Below are positions 5,282-13,917 of a DNA stretch of 15,570 bases, piece after piece; positions within the stretch are counted from its first letter, which is position 1; every line of letters begins with the position of its first letter. The DNA lies in the sequence record MZ666939.1; one strand, 5' to 3'. Made by a program: the position numbers and the translations under genes. The notes below the pieces were generated by a model. The model ran no database searches. It was not told where the DNA came from and saw only the letters and a list, made by a program, of their open reading frames with translations.

Positions 5282-8199
5282 AAAGAAAATCGTTGTTAAT
5301 AATTTCGTTATTTATAATTTTATTTGGTTTTAATTGTTTTAATTTAACTCAAAACGTAAACGCTATTTCTAACGTAAATTACACTTTTATAGACAATATT
5401 TTTTACGAATCTGACGATATTGAATTTGACGATTCTTTTAATTTACAAAACGAATCCATTGCGACAGAAGAATATGATGCTACTTATTCTTTTACTGATA
5501 TTGCAGAAGGAGAAATTCCTAACGGTTGGATTAAATTTTACGTAGCTTCAGTTATTAACAATTTAGACGGTCACGATAAAGTTCTACAATTAGGTAATAT
5601 TACGGCAACAAATTATATTTACAATAATTTTACAACTCAAAACGCTAGTTTTATGGAATTTTGGTTTAGAACTAAAGACGTATCGAAAAGAAGTGAAATA
5701 GATTTAATAAATAGAACTGGAGAAGTTAACGTAATTACGTTAAAAATGCACGAAAACGAACTTAAATATTACAATGGTGAGAGTATAACTGCTACTGGTT
5801 TAACTATGTCTAATAACGTTTGGTATCATATTAAATTAAAATGGTATCTTAATTATACTTATGATTATTGGATTAATGGAATATTATATGGTGATAAAGC
5901 AAATTTTATTGTTAATAATGGAACTAATGGGCTTAGACTTCGTAGTTATTCTGTTTTGAGTTTTTTTGACGCTTTTGGATATGGTTGGGAAGCTTTTTAT
6001 GATTTTACTGACGAAGTTGGTTTAACAAATACTGCAATATCTTACGTTGATTCGTTATCTGGAGACGATACAAATAAATTAGCAATTGTTTTAAATGAAA
6101 ATGATGGACGTTTTGAAGTTGTAAAGTTTACTTCAAATGGAGATGATGATACAATAGCTTATATTAGAAATTATTTTTCTGAAACTTATGGAATAATTGA
6201 ATTGTGGGTAAAATATATTGATTTAGGCGTTGGCCGTTTTAATTTTTATGGATATTCTGATTTTGGAGAAGCTATATTAGTAGCATCTTTAAAATCTGAT
6301 ATAAATAAATTCCAAATCCAATATGGTGATGGTATTGGTGGTTCTGAAATAGTAGAAATAGATGGTATTTCTAATACTTGGTATCATTTAAAAACTGAGT
6401 TTAATATGAGTTCTGATACTCATAATGTTTGGATTAATGGCGAACTTTTAGTAGATAATAAACCCTTTTATAATGATAGAAGAGGCGCTTCGATAACAAG
6501 ATACGATCTTTATTTTTCTTATGGTCAAGGAATAAATTCTTTAGAAGGTTATGTTGACTCTATTGGCTATTCTTGGAAACCTGGTTATAAAGTAAACGAT
6601 AATATTGTTCCTGTTTTTAATACGACTGACAATTTAATCGTAGCAAAAGACGAATTTGCTTTTGACGAAAACGGTGAATTATATGAAATAGGAGTAAAGG
6701 ATGCTTGTGGTTGGGAGGGAAACGATATTGATTACACTTATCTTATTCAAGATACTGAACAATATTACGATAAAAAATATAAAATTCATTGTGAAGGAGA
6801 TACAGATAATAATTTTATAAGAAAATATTACGACGTAAATGAAGGAGTTTATAATTTTACTCTTAATATTAGTTATTTAAAAATGTTAAATGCTGGTTCA
6901 TCTTATTGGTGGGCTATATATAATACATTACTTAATATAACTACTGTAATTGAAATAACTTGCACTGCTCTTTTTACTTTTGAGTTAAAATATTTAGATG
7001 ATATTGACTTAGAAACTTATACACTTATCGGTGAGATAGATAATGAAATTACTATTGATAGAGAATTAACGTTATTTATTGGGGATTTGTGTTATCTTAC
7101 TTATAAAGATACAACTGAATATTACGAAGTTATATTTCCAAAATTAACAGTAGGAAAAGGATTATACGAAATTTCTTTTGCTGGTGGTTTAAATGACGTT
7201 CTCTTTTATCAAAGAGTTTATATAGATAGTATAGGTGTTTTTGTTAATGGTACAAATTTAAACGACGATTTTGGTAGTTATTCTTTAAATTTAAATTCTG
7301 CTACTTGGTATTCAAAAACAAGTAATATAATAAATGTAAATGCTTTAGGTATTTTTAGTTTTGGAGTGCATTCAGAAACGGATTCAGCGTCGTTAAAAGG
7401 ATTTTATAATTATACCAATACTAAAACTTGGAATGTATATAATTATTTTCCTTATATAATTGACCCTTCACTTATTTTTATGACAAATAGTACAATTTCT
7501 ATTTCAAACATAAAAATAACCGGAGTTAAAATGAACGACGAAACAACTAATTTTATTCCTGATTTTTATAATTATAACATTAATATTGACGAAAGTTATT
7601 TTTACGTTGATTCATCTAATAGATTACAATTCAATCTAATAGCAAACGATAACGATACAGAATGGATTGAATTAAGGTTCGACATATTAATACAAACAAC
7701 GGAAAATAGAAGTATTCAATTTAAATCTAATATAAACGGTATATCTAAAGGGTACGTACATTTAGCGTATTGGGGTTATGCTATTACTAACATTTATTTT
7801 CCTTATTCCCCTACTACTACGACAAGTTATTTACCACAAGGATACGTAATTTTTACAATGTCAATTATAATATCTGACCAAGATATTACTTGGTACGACG
7901 TTTGTAATGGTTATATTACTAATTTAAAACTAATACATACCCCTGGAGGTATTGGACCAATTGATATACTTTATTTTGATATTTCTGTTTTAATTGCAAC
8001 TATAATACCATTAATTATTTTACTTGCACCTGCATTAGCTTTAAGCGTTAAATTTGGAAGAAAAATAATACTTCCAATGTTTATTTTTATGAGTTTATTA
8101 TGTGTTATAACTAATTTAATTCCAATATGGCTTTTTTTCGTAATTGCTATTGCTTGTGGGTCCTTAATTTTTGTAAGTCAAAAAAGAGGTGTTGATTAA
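5278..8199 (+). CDS. Large membrane-anchored virion glycoprotein / adhesin (VP4-like role) with two LamG/ConA-like repeats
   Basis: N-terminal signal-like segment, beta-rich body, about 19 N-x-S/T sequons, repeated WYHxK...WINGxL motif, C-terminal TM helices. Confidence 0.8.
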   Translation: MKRKSLLIISLFIILFGFNCFNLTQNVNAISNVNYTFIDNIFYESDDIEFDDSFNLQNESIATEEYDATYSFTDIAEGEIPNGWIKFYVASVINNLDGHDKVLQLGNITATNYIYNNFTTQNASFMEFWFRTKDVSKRSEIDLINRTGEVNVITLKMHENELKYYNGESITATGLTMSNNVWYHIKLKWYLNYTYDYWINGILYGDKANFIVNNGTNGLRLRSYSVLSFFDAFGYGWEAFYDFTDEVGLTNTAISYVDSLSGDDTNKLAIVLNENDGRFEVVKFTSNGDDDTIAYIRNYFSETYGIIELWVKYIDLGVGRFNFYGYSDFGEAILVASLKSDINKFQIQYGDGIGGSEIVEIDGISNTWYHLKTEFNMSSDTHNVWINGELLVDNKPFYNDRRGASITRYDLYFSYGQGINSLEGYVDSIGYSWKPGYKVNDNIVPVFNTTDNLIVAKDEFAFDENGELYEIGVKDACGWEGNDIDYTYLIQDTEQYYDKKYKIHCEGDTDNNFIRKYYDVNEGVYNFTLNISYLKMLNAGSSYWWAIYNTLLNITTVIEITCTALFTFELKYLDDIDLETYTLIGEIDNEITIDRELTLFIGDLCYLTYKDTTEYYEVIFPKLTVGKGLYEISFAGGLNDVLFYQRVYIDSIGVFVNGTNLNDDFGSYSLNLNSATWYSKTSNIINVNALGIFSFGVHSETDSASLKGFYNYTNTKTWNVYNYFPYIIDPSLIFMTNSTISISNIKITGVKMNDETTNFIPDFYNYNINIDESYFYVDSSNRLQFNLIANDNDTEWIELRFDILIQTTENRSIQFKSNINGISKGYVHLAYWGYAITNIYFPYSPTTTTSYLPQGYVIFTMSIIISDQDITWYDVCNGYITNLKLIHTPGGIGPIDILYFDISVLIATIIPLIILLAPALALSVKFGRKIILPMFIFMSLLCVITNLIPIWLFFVIAIACGSLIFVSQKRGVD

Positions 8200-8442
8200 A
8201 TGCTATTACAATATTCGATTGTTGGGTTTGAATGGATAATTGGTCTTGGATTAGCTTTTGGTCTTGCTTTCTTTTTAAATTATTTGACTTACAACGATTT
8301 ACCAACTTTTTTTATTTTTTTAACTATTTTTGACGCTTTTATGGTCTGGGTTGATTTTTTACCGTTATGGACGCTTGTAATTTGTTTAATAATCTTAACT
8401 GTAATTGCTTATACTAGTGTAAAAGGAAAAGAGGTGGATTAA
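8200..8442 (+). CDS. Small multi-TM membrane protein
   Basis: Almost entirely hydrophobic; GAGGTG SD. Confidence 0.85.
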   Translation: MLLQYSIVGFEWIIGLGLAFGLAFFLNYLTYNDLPTFFIFLTIFDAFMVWVDFLPLWTLVICLIILTVIAYTSVKGKEVD

Positions 8443-8443
8443 T

Positions 8444-8884
8444 ACGATAATTGGATTAACTTTAACTATATTACTTGTTTTAGTTTTATTGTCTTTAATT
8501 CTTGGTGGAGTTTTTGTTAATGTTCCAATGAACGTTGATGTTAAAGGAACACAAAAGCTAGAGGGTGCAACTAGTAGTTTTGAACTACCAATAGGTGATT
8601 TTACGATTAGAATCGACCCTGTAGCAGGATTAATAGTTATATTTATAGTTATAATTGTGATAGCAGGACTTTTAGGTATTCAGGTTTTAGCTTCTGGGCT
8701 TTCACCTGAAAGTATTAAATTTATAATGAACGCAATTTTATATTTTGGTATTTGGAGTTTATTAAGTGCTTTATGCTTTAACTTAATAATTAGTATTGAA
8801 ATATTTGGAACTTTAGTTTATATTACTCTTACAATTGCTTACGTAATTGGAGTAATACAAAAACTTAGTGGAGGGAACAATTAA
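8444..8884 (+). CDS. Multi-TM membrane protein, probable non-canonical start upstream of the TTG 8489 call
   Basis: The frame is open from 8423 and encodes TIIGLTLTILLVLVLLSLILGG. GAGGTG SD at 8431-8436. Confidence 0.7.
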   Translation, partial: TIIGLTLTILLVLVLLSLILGGVFVNVPMNVDVKGTQKLEGATSSFELPIGDFTIRIDPVAGLIVIFIVIIVIAGLLGIQVLASGLSPESIKFIMNAILYFGIWSLLSALCFNLIISIEIFGTLVYITLTIAYVIGVIQKLSGGNN

Positions 8885-9186
8885 TGCCAAAACCACCTGT
8901 CTGTGAATGTGAAGCAGATGCAATTATTCTTAGCGCTTGGATTATTATTTCTCTTTCAATTTTGATTTTTTTAATGGTTTTAACGTTGTTTATGTATTAT
9001 TCAAGAAAACCCATAGAATTTGTACCAATGCTTATAATATTTCTATTTTCAATAATAATTGGTATTGGTTCGATTTCAATTCAACTTCCGCTTACGCCTT
9101 ATTTTCAGATATTTTTTATGCTATTTCAAACAATATTTTTTGTATTAGTAGCTTTAGATTATTACAATAATAAAAAAGGATGGTAA
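8884..9186 (+). CDS. Three-TM membrane protein with N-terminal CEC motif
   Basis: TAATG overlap; three hydrophobic stretches; GGAGG SD. Confidence 0.8.
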   Translation: MPKPPVCECEADAIILSAWIIISLSILIFLMVLTLFMYYSRKPIEFVPMLIIFLFSIIIGIGSISIQLPLTPYFQIFFMLFQTIFFVLVALDYYNNKKGW

Positions 9187-9190
9187 AATA

Positions 9191-9628
9191 ATGAGAAATA
9201 AAAAGAAAAAGTATTACGCTGTATTTTGTATAAAAGAGCACGATGTCTTTAACATGTTAGCTAAGAAGCGGATTAGAGGCTCAAATCAGATAGTTCGCTT
9301 TAGAAAAGGAACTTATGTCGTAAATGTTTCTTTTCCTACTTATGTTAAAGGTTTGAACGTATTTTACTTCATAGATATTAAGAAAGGGCAACAATTAGCA
9401 AAAAATACAGAAATAAATATCGCTAAAGGGCACATTCTTTTTAAAGAGAATGCTAAGGATAAACCGTTAATGTCGCCTAAGTTTCTTGATATGTTAATAT
9501 CTCAAAAGATTGTAGGGCAATTAACATCCAACTTATCAAATAACGCCTTGAAAATGAACATCATTACTCTAATTGTTGGGGCTATCATAGGTGGGTTAAT
9601 AGGATATATTATTGCGGGGATGATTTAA
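9191..9628 (+). CDS. Basic protein with C-terminal TM anchor
   Basis: IITLIVGAIIGGLIGYIIAGMI at the C-terminus. Confidence 0.8.
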   Translation: MRNKKKKYYAVFCIKEHDVFNMLAKKRIRGSNQIVRFRKGTYVVNVSFPTYVKGLNVFYFIDIKKGQQLAKNTEINIAKGHILFKENAKDKPLMSPKFLDMLISQKIVGQLTSNLSNNALKMNIITLIVGAIIGGLIGYIIAGMI

Positions 9629-9970
9629 GTGAGTTTAAAGAGTTCATCTATGGATGATATGAAACCAGATGACGACGATTTAACTTTTGAGAAAATATTA
9701 AACGCTTTATTAGATGGCAAAAAGAACCTTGATTTAAAAACGCACATTAATAAACCAAAACAATTAGCGGGTCTTAAAATCGTAGAAAATGTTCTTAAAG
9801 ATTCAAATTGTAGAAAATCAAGTGGAATAATTAACGCATTTACCCAAAAATATCTAAGGTATATGGTAAGTTATGATAGATTAAGTAGAAAAGAGACTAT
9901 TAGAGCAATTTCAGAGCCAAGAAAAGAGATTGAAAGCGAAAAAAGTAAGTTTGCTAAGAAATTAAATTAA
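9629..9970 (+). CDS. Hypothetical soluble protein next to the ATPase (GTG start)
   Basis: GGGGATGA SD; abuts both neighbours. Confidence 0.75.
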   Translation: MSLKSSSMDDMKPDDDDLTFEKILNALLDGKKNLDLKTHINKPKQLAGLKIVENVLKDSNCRKSSGIINAFTQKYLRYMVSYDRLSRKETIRAISEPRKEIESEKSKFAKKLN

Positions 9971-9971
9971 A

Positions 9972-10667
9972 ATGCTAGTTTGTATCTTAGGGGCAAAAGG
10001 TTCGGGAAAAACGCTATTTACTACACGAATGGCAATTAATTCAAAAAGAGAAGTTTACGCTAATTATTGGATAAATATTGAGAATTATAAGCCTTTAGAA
10101 ATAATGGATTTTATAGATTTGCCTAATAATGTAGATGTTTTGATAGATGAGGGTTATACGTGGTTAGAATCCAGAACATCGAGTTTTTTTTTGAATCGTT
10201 TTTTGTCTTATATCTTATGGCAATCCCGAAAGCGAACTATAGACATCTATTTAACTGCCCAACGCTTTAGGTCGCTTGATTTAAGGTTCAGAGACGAAAG
10301 CGACATTATCGTTAAATGTAAGACTAGAACTAATTTAAAGAAAGACGATTTTAAATACGCTATTTTATGGATTGCGGAGAATAGGGAAAAGCATTTCACT
10401 TTATCGTATAATGACGCTAAAAAATATTTTGATTTATTCGATACTTATGAAATCGTTGAACCATACACTAAAGAGCAATTAGAGTTTAAATTATTAGAAG
10501 GCGACCCGGAAAAAAGATGGAAAAAAGCAATGGAAATAGGGGATATAATTTCTAAAGGAATTGATTTAATAACACATCCAATTATTAAAGCAAGGTTAAT
10601 GAAATTTGGATACGATTCGAGTTATGAGCCTTTAGTGTATGTTTATCTTAAAGGCTTAGTAAGTTAA
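9972..10667 (+). CDS. Zot/inovirus pI-like P-loop morphogenesis ATPase
   Basis: Walker A GAKGSGKT (9990-10013), Walker B VLIDEG, QSRK and YLTAQ motifs followed by LDLRFR. Confidence 0.88.
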   Translation: MLVCILGAKGSGKTLFTTRMAINSKREVYANYWINIENYKPLEIMDFIDLPNNVDVLIDEGYTWLESRTSSFFLNRFLSYILWQSRKRTIDIYLTAQRFRSLDLRFRDESDIIVKCKTRTNLKKDDFKYAILWIAENREKHFTLSYNDAKKYFDLFDTYEIVEPYTKEQLEFKLLEGDPEKRWKKAMEIGDIISKGIDLITHPIIKARLMKFGYDSSYEPLVYVYLKGLVS

Positions 10668-10727
10668 AGTTCACTAAATCAAGATGGGGGGTAGTGAATT
10701 AAAAAAAAGACTTCCCAAATAGTATTT

Positions 10728-11042
10728 ATGATAAATAGAAAGAAAATTGAATTAATAGAAAAAAGAAAAAGAGAGAGAGCGCTTAAAGAATTAGAAATGA
10801 AATGTGATATTTGTCAATTGAGCCATTTTAACGAAGTATTTATCTTAAGGAATAATAGATTTGCTAAGATAGTCCCCCGCTCTATTTCTAAAACCAAAAC
10901 AAGTAGAGTTTGCTGGGAATGCGCTAGATGGTTGTTTAAAAATCGATATTATAATTTTGGAGATTCCTGGAGAAATCTTTTTTTTTATCAATTGCATATA
11001 AAAGATAAAAATAGAGAAAAATACATGGTGATTCACGCTTGA
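10728..11042 (+). CDS. Basic Zn-finger protein
   Basis: CDIC...CWEC. Confidence 0.75.
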   Translation: MINRKKIELIEKRKRERALKELEMKCDICQLSHFNEVFILRNNRFAKIVPRSISKTKTSRVCWECARWLFKNRYYNFGDSWRNLFFYQLHIKDKNREKYMVIHA

Positions 11043-11287
11043 CTGATTGGGATAGACTAGTGGATTATATCATCGATTATTTTCCCGACCCTTCATATTC
11101 AAGTCAAGATATTAGAGATTGGGCAAATAAGAGCGTTCCCGCATGGAAGTATATGGATAATAATACAAAAGACAAGATTTTGGGTGATTGGGAAAACTTT
11201 ATTTTGCCAGAAGTTAAGAGTTGGCTTAGACGAATGAGTGAAGGTTTTAGAGAGAGAATAAGAAGGTTTCTGGGGAGGGCTTATTAA
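11039..11287 (+). CDS. Trp-rich helical hypothetical protein (TTG start)
   Basis: GGTGA SD; TTGA overlap upstream; TAATG overlap downstream. Confidence 0.8.
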   Translation: MTDWDRLVDYIIDYFPDPSYSSQDIRDWANKSVPAWKYMDNNTKDKILGDWENFILPEVKSWLRRMSEGFRERIRRFLGRAY

Positions 11288-11499
11288 TGAGATTCTGTGA
11301 AATTTGTAGTAAATGTGAGATTGGATTAATGATTCATAATGCGTTGTACACATGGAAATGTAATCATTGCGGATTCAGTTATAAAATTGACCCATCGGGG
11401 AGAATTCCTAAAATTACGATTTTAAATCGTGGAAATAATAAAAGACGCTATATTTTGCCTTTAGATAGAAAAAACAATCATAGAGGGGTGAAATGCTAA
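11287..11499 (+). CDS. Zn-ribbon protein
   Basis: CEICSKC...WKCNHCGF. Confidence 0.8.
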   Translation: MRFCEICSKCEIGLMIHNALYTWKCNHCGFSYKIDPSGRIPKITILNRGNNKRRYILPLDRKNNHRGVKC

Positions 11500-11500
11500 A

Positions 11501-12409
11501 GTGAAGCAAAAGACTAAAATTAATTTTAAGAGAAGTTTCACCTGCGATAAATCGATTGCAAAAGGGATTAAGTTTTTGAATAAAAATGGATTTTATACCG
11601 TTGGATGTTGTTCGGGTTTAAAGATTGACCACGATAACGAAAGAAATAAAATGTATATCGAATTTGCGGGATTAAGCAAGGCAAAAGAGCTTAAGGTTAA
11701 ACATATAGCAAATCAATTTGGTTTTAATGTTAAAAATAAAAGGATATTGAGAATTGAGAGCGAAAATGATGATAAATTAGAAATGTTTAACGATTTTATT
11801 TCCTATTTGAAATATAATTCCCAGAAACTTAGTTTAAGAGCAATCGGAATCTCTAATTGGGCTTACGATTCTGAAAAGAAAAAAAGATATTCAATTCAAT
11901 TCTACGATTACGATTTTAACGGGGATATAGAACACATTCCAAGAGAGGATTTATTGCGAATATTAGAGATATTTCCTTACGATTGCTTAATGTATGAGAC
12001 TAAGGGGGGCGTTCATTTTATTAGCTTTTCGATTCTGTTGGGGCTTCATGTCTCTAAAGCGAGGGTTTTAGAAACGAGCAAAAGCTTAGAAGGTCAAGAT
12101 TATTGGACTGAAGGAAAAGATTTAACGTTGAGAGTAAGTGCAAAATGGAAATTAAGGCTTTTTAGAAAGCGTAAAATCGTGTCAAAAAAGCCAAAATTTA
12201 AAGGATTAATTAAAGGTCCGGATAATTTAATCAAAACTTCAAATACCTTTCTTAATTCGAAAAATCCGAATAAATACGTCGTTTCTAAAAATCATTTGGA
12301 ATTTTATCGGAAATATATGGATTTGCCCGATTGGGTTTATGAGCTATATGCTGATTGCGATATGAGAGATTTAAGGATTAAGAATTACCATTACAAAACG
12401 AGGGATTGA
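11501..12409 (+). CDS. Two-domain protein: TYW3-like N-terminal motif plus AEP primase-polymerase-like C-terminal domain
   Basis: N-terminus DKSIAKGIKFLNKNGFYTVGCCSG. C-terminus FYDYD (motif I-like), YETKGGVHF (motif II-like), DLTLRV (motif III-like). Confidence 0.55.
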   Translation: MKQKTKINFKRSFTCDKSIAKGIKFLNKNGFYTVGCCSGLKIDHDNERNKMYIEFAGLSKAKELKVKHIANQFGFNVKNKRILRIESENDDKLEMFNDFISYLKYNSQKLSLRAIGISNWAYDSEKKKRYSIQFYDYDFNGDIEHIPREDLLRILEIFPYDCLMYETKGGVHFISFSILLGLHVSKARVLETSKSLEGQDYWTEGKDLTLRVSAKWKLRLFRKRKIVSKKPKFKGLIKGPDNLIKTSNTFLNSKNPNKYVVSKNHLEFYRKYMDLPDWVYELYADCDMRDLRIKNYHYKTRD

Positions 12410-12414
12410 TTCAA

Positions 12415-12558
12415 ATGGGATTAATGAAATATTTGGCAATTGCTTTTGAAAATAGAAAGCATTCATGCTCTAAATGTCTCTATGGTAAACACGAGAATCT
12501 GGATGTTTGTTATAAATGTGTTAAAAAAGAATCGCAATTTAAACCTAAGAGGGATTGA
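12415..12558 (+). CDS. Zn-finger microprotein, 47 aa (CSKC-x10-CYKC), not in ORF track
   Basis: Manual translation; GAGGGA SD. Confidence 0.75.
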   Translation: MGLMKYLAIAFENRKHSCSKCLYGKHENLDVCYKCVKKESQFKPKRD

Positions 12559-12559
12559 A

Positions 12560-13198
12560 ATGAATCTAAAAAAGAGAACTGAAAAAATAAGATATAATAG
12601 CGTACTTTTAATTGTTAAACATATTACGCCTTCTTTATATCAAAAGATTTTACCAATAATTAGTAATAATGTTAAACTTTTGTCAAAAGTTCCAAGACCC
12701 TCTATTCTTTTTATGAAAGAATATTTTAATCAAGATTCTGTAATTGGTGCTGAGATTGGTGTAGATAAAGGAAGAAATGCTAAAAGTATTTTAACTGAAT
12801 TAAACATTGATAAATTGTACTTAGTGGATGCATGGTTTAATTATAAAGAAATTCAAGCAAATAGACCTCAAAAGACTAATTTTAAATTTGTTTTAAGAGA
12901 ATTTGAAAATGATAAGAGAGTAGAAATAATTAGAGCTTTTTCTATAAATGCTGTAAAAGAGATTGTTGATAATTCTCTTGATTTTGTTTATATTGACGCA
13001 AATCATTTGTATGAATTTGTTTATCAAGATATTAATTTATGGTATAATAAAGTGAAAAAAGGGGGAATTATTGCCGGACACGACATTTTTGGTCATATTG
13101 GTGTTTTAAAAGCTGTTAAAAGATTTTGTAATGAAAAGAATTATGTTTTTAATATAGAAATCCCAGATTGGTATTTTATTAAAGGAGGCTTAAAATGA
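12560..13198 (+). CDS. Class I SAM-dependent methyltransferase, Methyltransf_24-like (start revised to ATG 12560)
   Basis: GAEIGVDKG, LYLVDAW, LDFVYIDANHLYE and GGIIAGHD motifs. Confidence 0.85.
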   Translation: MNLKKRTEKIRYNSVLLIVKHITPSLYQKILPIISNNVKLLSKVPRPSILFMKEYFNQDSVIGAEIGVDKGRNAKSILTELNIDKLYLVDAWFNYKEIQANRPQKTNFKFVLREFENDKRVEIIRAFSINAVKEIVDNSLDFVYIDANHLYEFVYQDINLWYNKVKKGGIIAGHDIFGHIGVLKAVKRFCNEKNYVFNIEIPDWYFIKGGLK

Positions 13199-13917
13199 TT
13201 GAAAAAGAAATTGTAGGTCAAATACCCTATGATATTGAGAAAAGGCAAAACGAAATTCCTAATAAGAATATGATGGGTTTTAAAAGCGAATTATTAAGAT
13301 TTCCTAAGTATCAAAAATTAAACCAAATCAATGAACATAGAAATCAAAACAAAAATAGGGAACTCGCCTTTTATTACGAAACAAGCGCGGTATTAGGGAA
13401 ATTACAGCTTTCTATTAAATTGAGGGCTTTAATATTGAGAAATGCTGAGAACTTTTATTCAGTATTAGGGTATAGTACAAACCATAGAGGTGTAAAGGTT
13501 CTAATTCCTGTGTCTGTTTATCTTACTTGTTTAGAACACTTTATTTTCGTTAGACGTAAAGAATTTTATCAGTTTTGTACTAAGCATAATTTTGACCGTT
13601 GTTTGAAAGCAATTCTCATAAAGAATAATACATTAAGATTAAAACTATTATCTAAAGATTTTAGAATCAAAACTATAAAGGTTCAATTAAACGGATTACA
13701 AACTCATTTTTATCTCAATGGTTTGTTTTTTCAGAAAGCTTTCGAGAATTTGGATAAATATTTCAATAAAGTAAAAAACGCTATGAATACATCAATAACC
13801 GCGATTATTTTTGATTTAACTGCACATCAATTAATGGGGAAATTTATTCTTATGTCTGAAGTTTGTCATTTTCTTGGAATAACGCAATCTACAGTCTTTA
13901 GGAGGCGCTTATATTGA
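13195..13917 (+). CDS. tfb: Divergent TFB/TFIIB-like transcription factor (two cyclin repeats plus C-terminal HTH, no Zn ribbon)
   Basis: RELAFYYETSAVLGKLQL, RGVKVLIPVSVYLTC and MSEVCHFLGITQSTVFRR align by eye with archaeal TFB segments RNLAFALSELDR...LxL, RGR...AAxYxAC and QREVAxVAGVTEVTIRNR. Confidence 0.7.
   Translation: MIEKEIVGQIPYDIEKRQNEIPNKNMMGFKSELLRFPKYQKLNQINEHRNQNKNRELAFYYETSAVLGKLQLSIKLRALILRNAENFYSVLGYSTNHRGVKVLIPVSVYLTCLEHFIFVRRKEFYQFCTKHNFDRCLKAILIKNNTLRLKLLSKDFRIKTIKVQLNGLQTHFYLNGLFFQKAFENLDKYFNKVKNAMNTSITAIIFDLTAHQLMGKFILMSEVCHFLGITQSTVFRRRLY

Noticed and set aside
8937-9170. Alternative-frame + ORF, 77 aa
   Set aside because: Fully nested in the coupled TM gene 8884..9186; a by-product of T-rich codons.
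10184-10192. T9 run in the ATPase as a programmed frameshift or phase-variation site
   Set aside because: The frame is intact, there is no useful alternative frame, and such runs are expected at this AT content.
10845-11036. Minus-strand 63-aa ORF
   Set aside because: Antisense shadow of the Zn-finger gene, with no motif or SD.
11099-11353. Minus-strand 84-aa ORF
   Set aside because: Antisense to two translationally coupled + genes.
11996-12030. HUH rolling-circle endonuclease motif in the 302-aa protein
   Set aside because: There is only one His (GVHF), and the upstream DxD fits AEP better.
12440-12559. N-terminal extension of the methyltransferase
   Set aside because: Overlaps the Zn-finger microgene 12415..12558. 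ATG 12560 follows its stop with an SD.
12560-13198. DNA methyltransferase / restriction-modification system with the nearby nuclease
   Set aside because: No N6/N4 (DPPY/NPPY) or C5 (PC, ENV) catalytic motifs.
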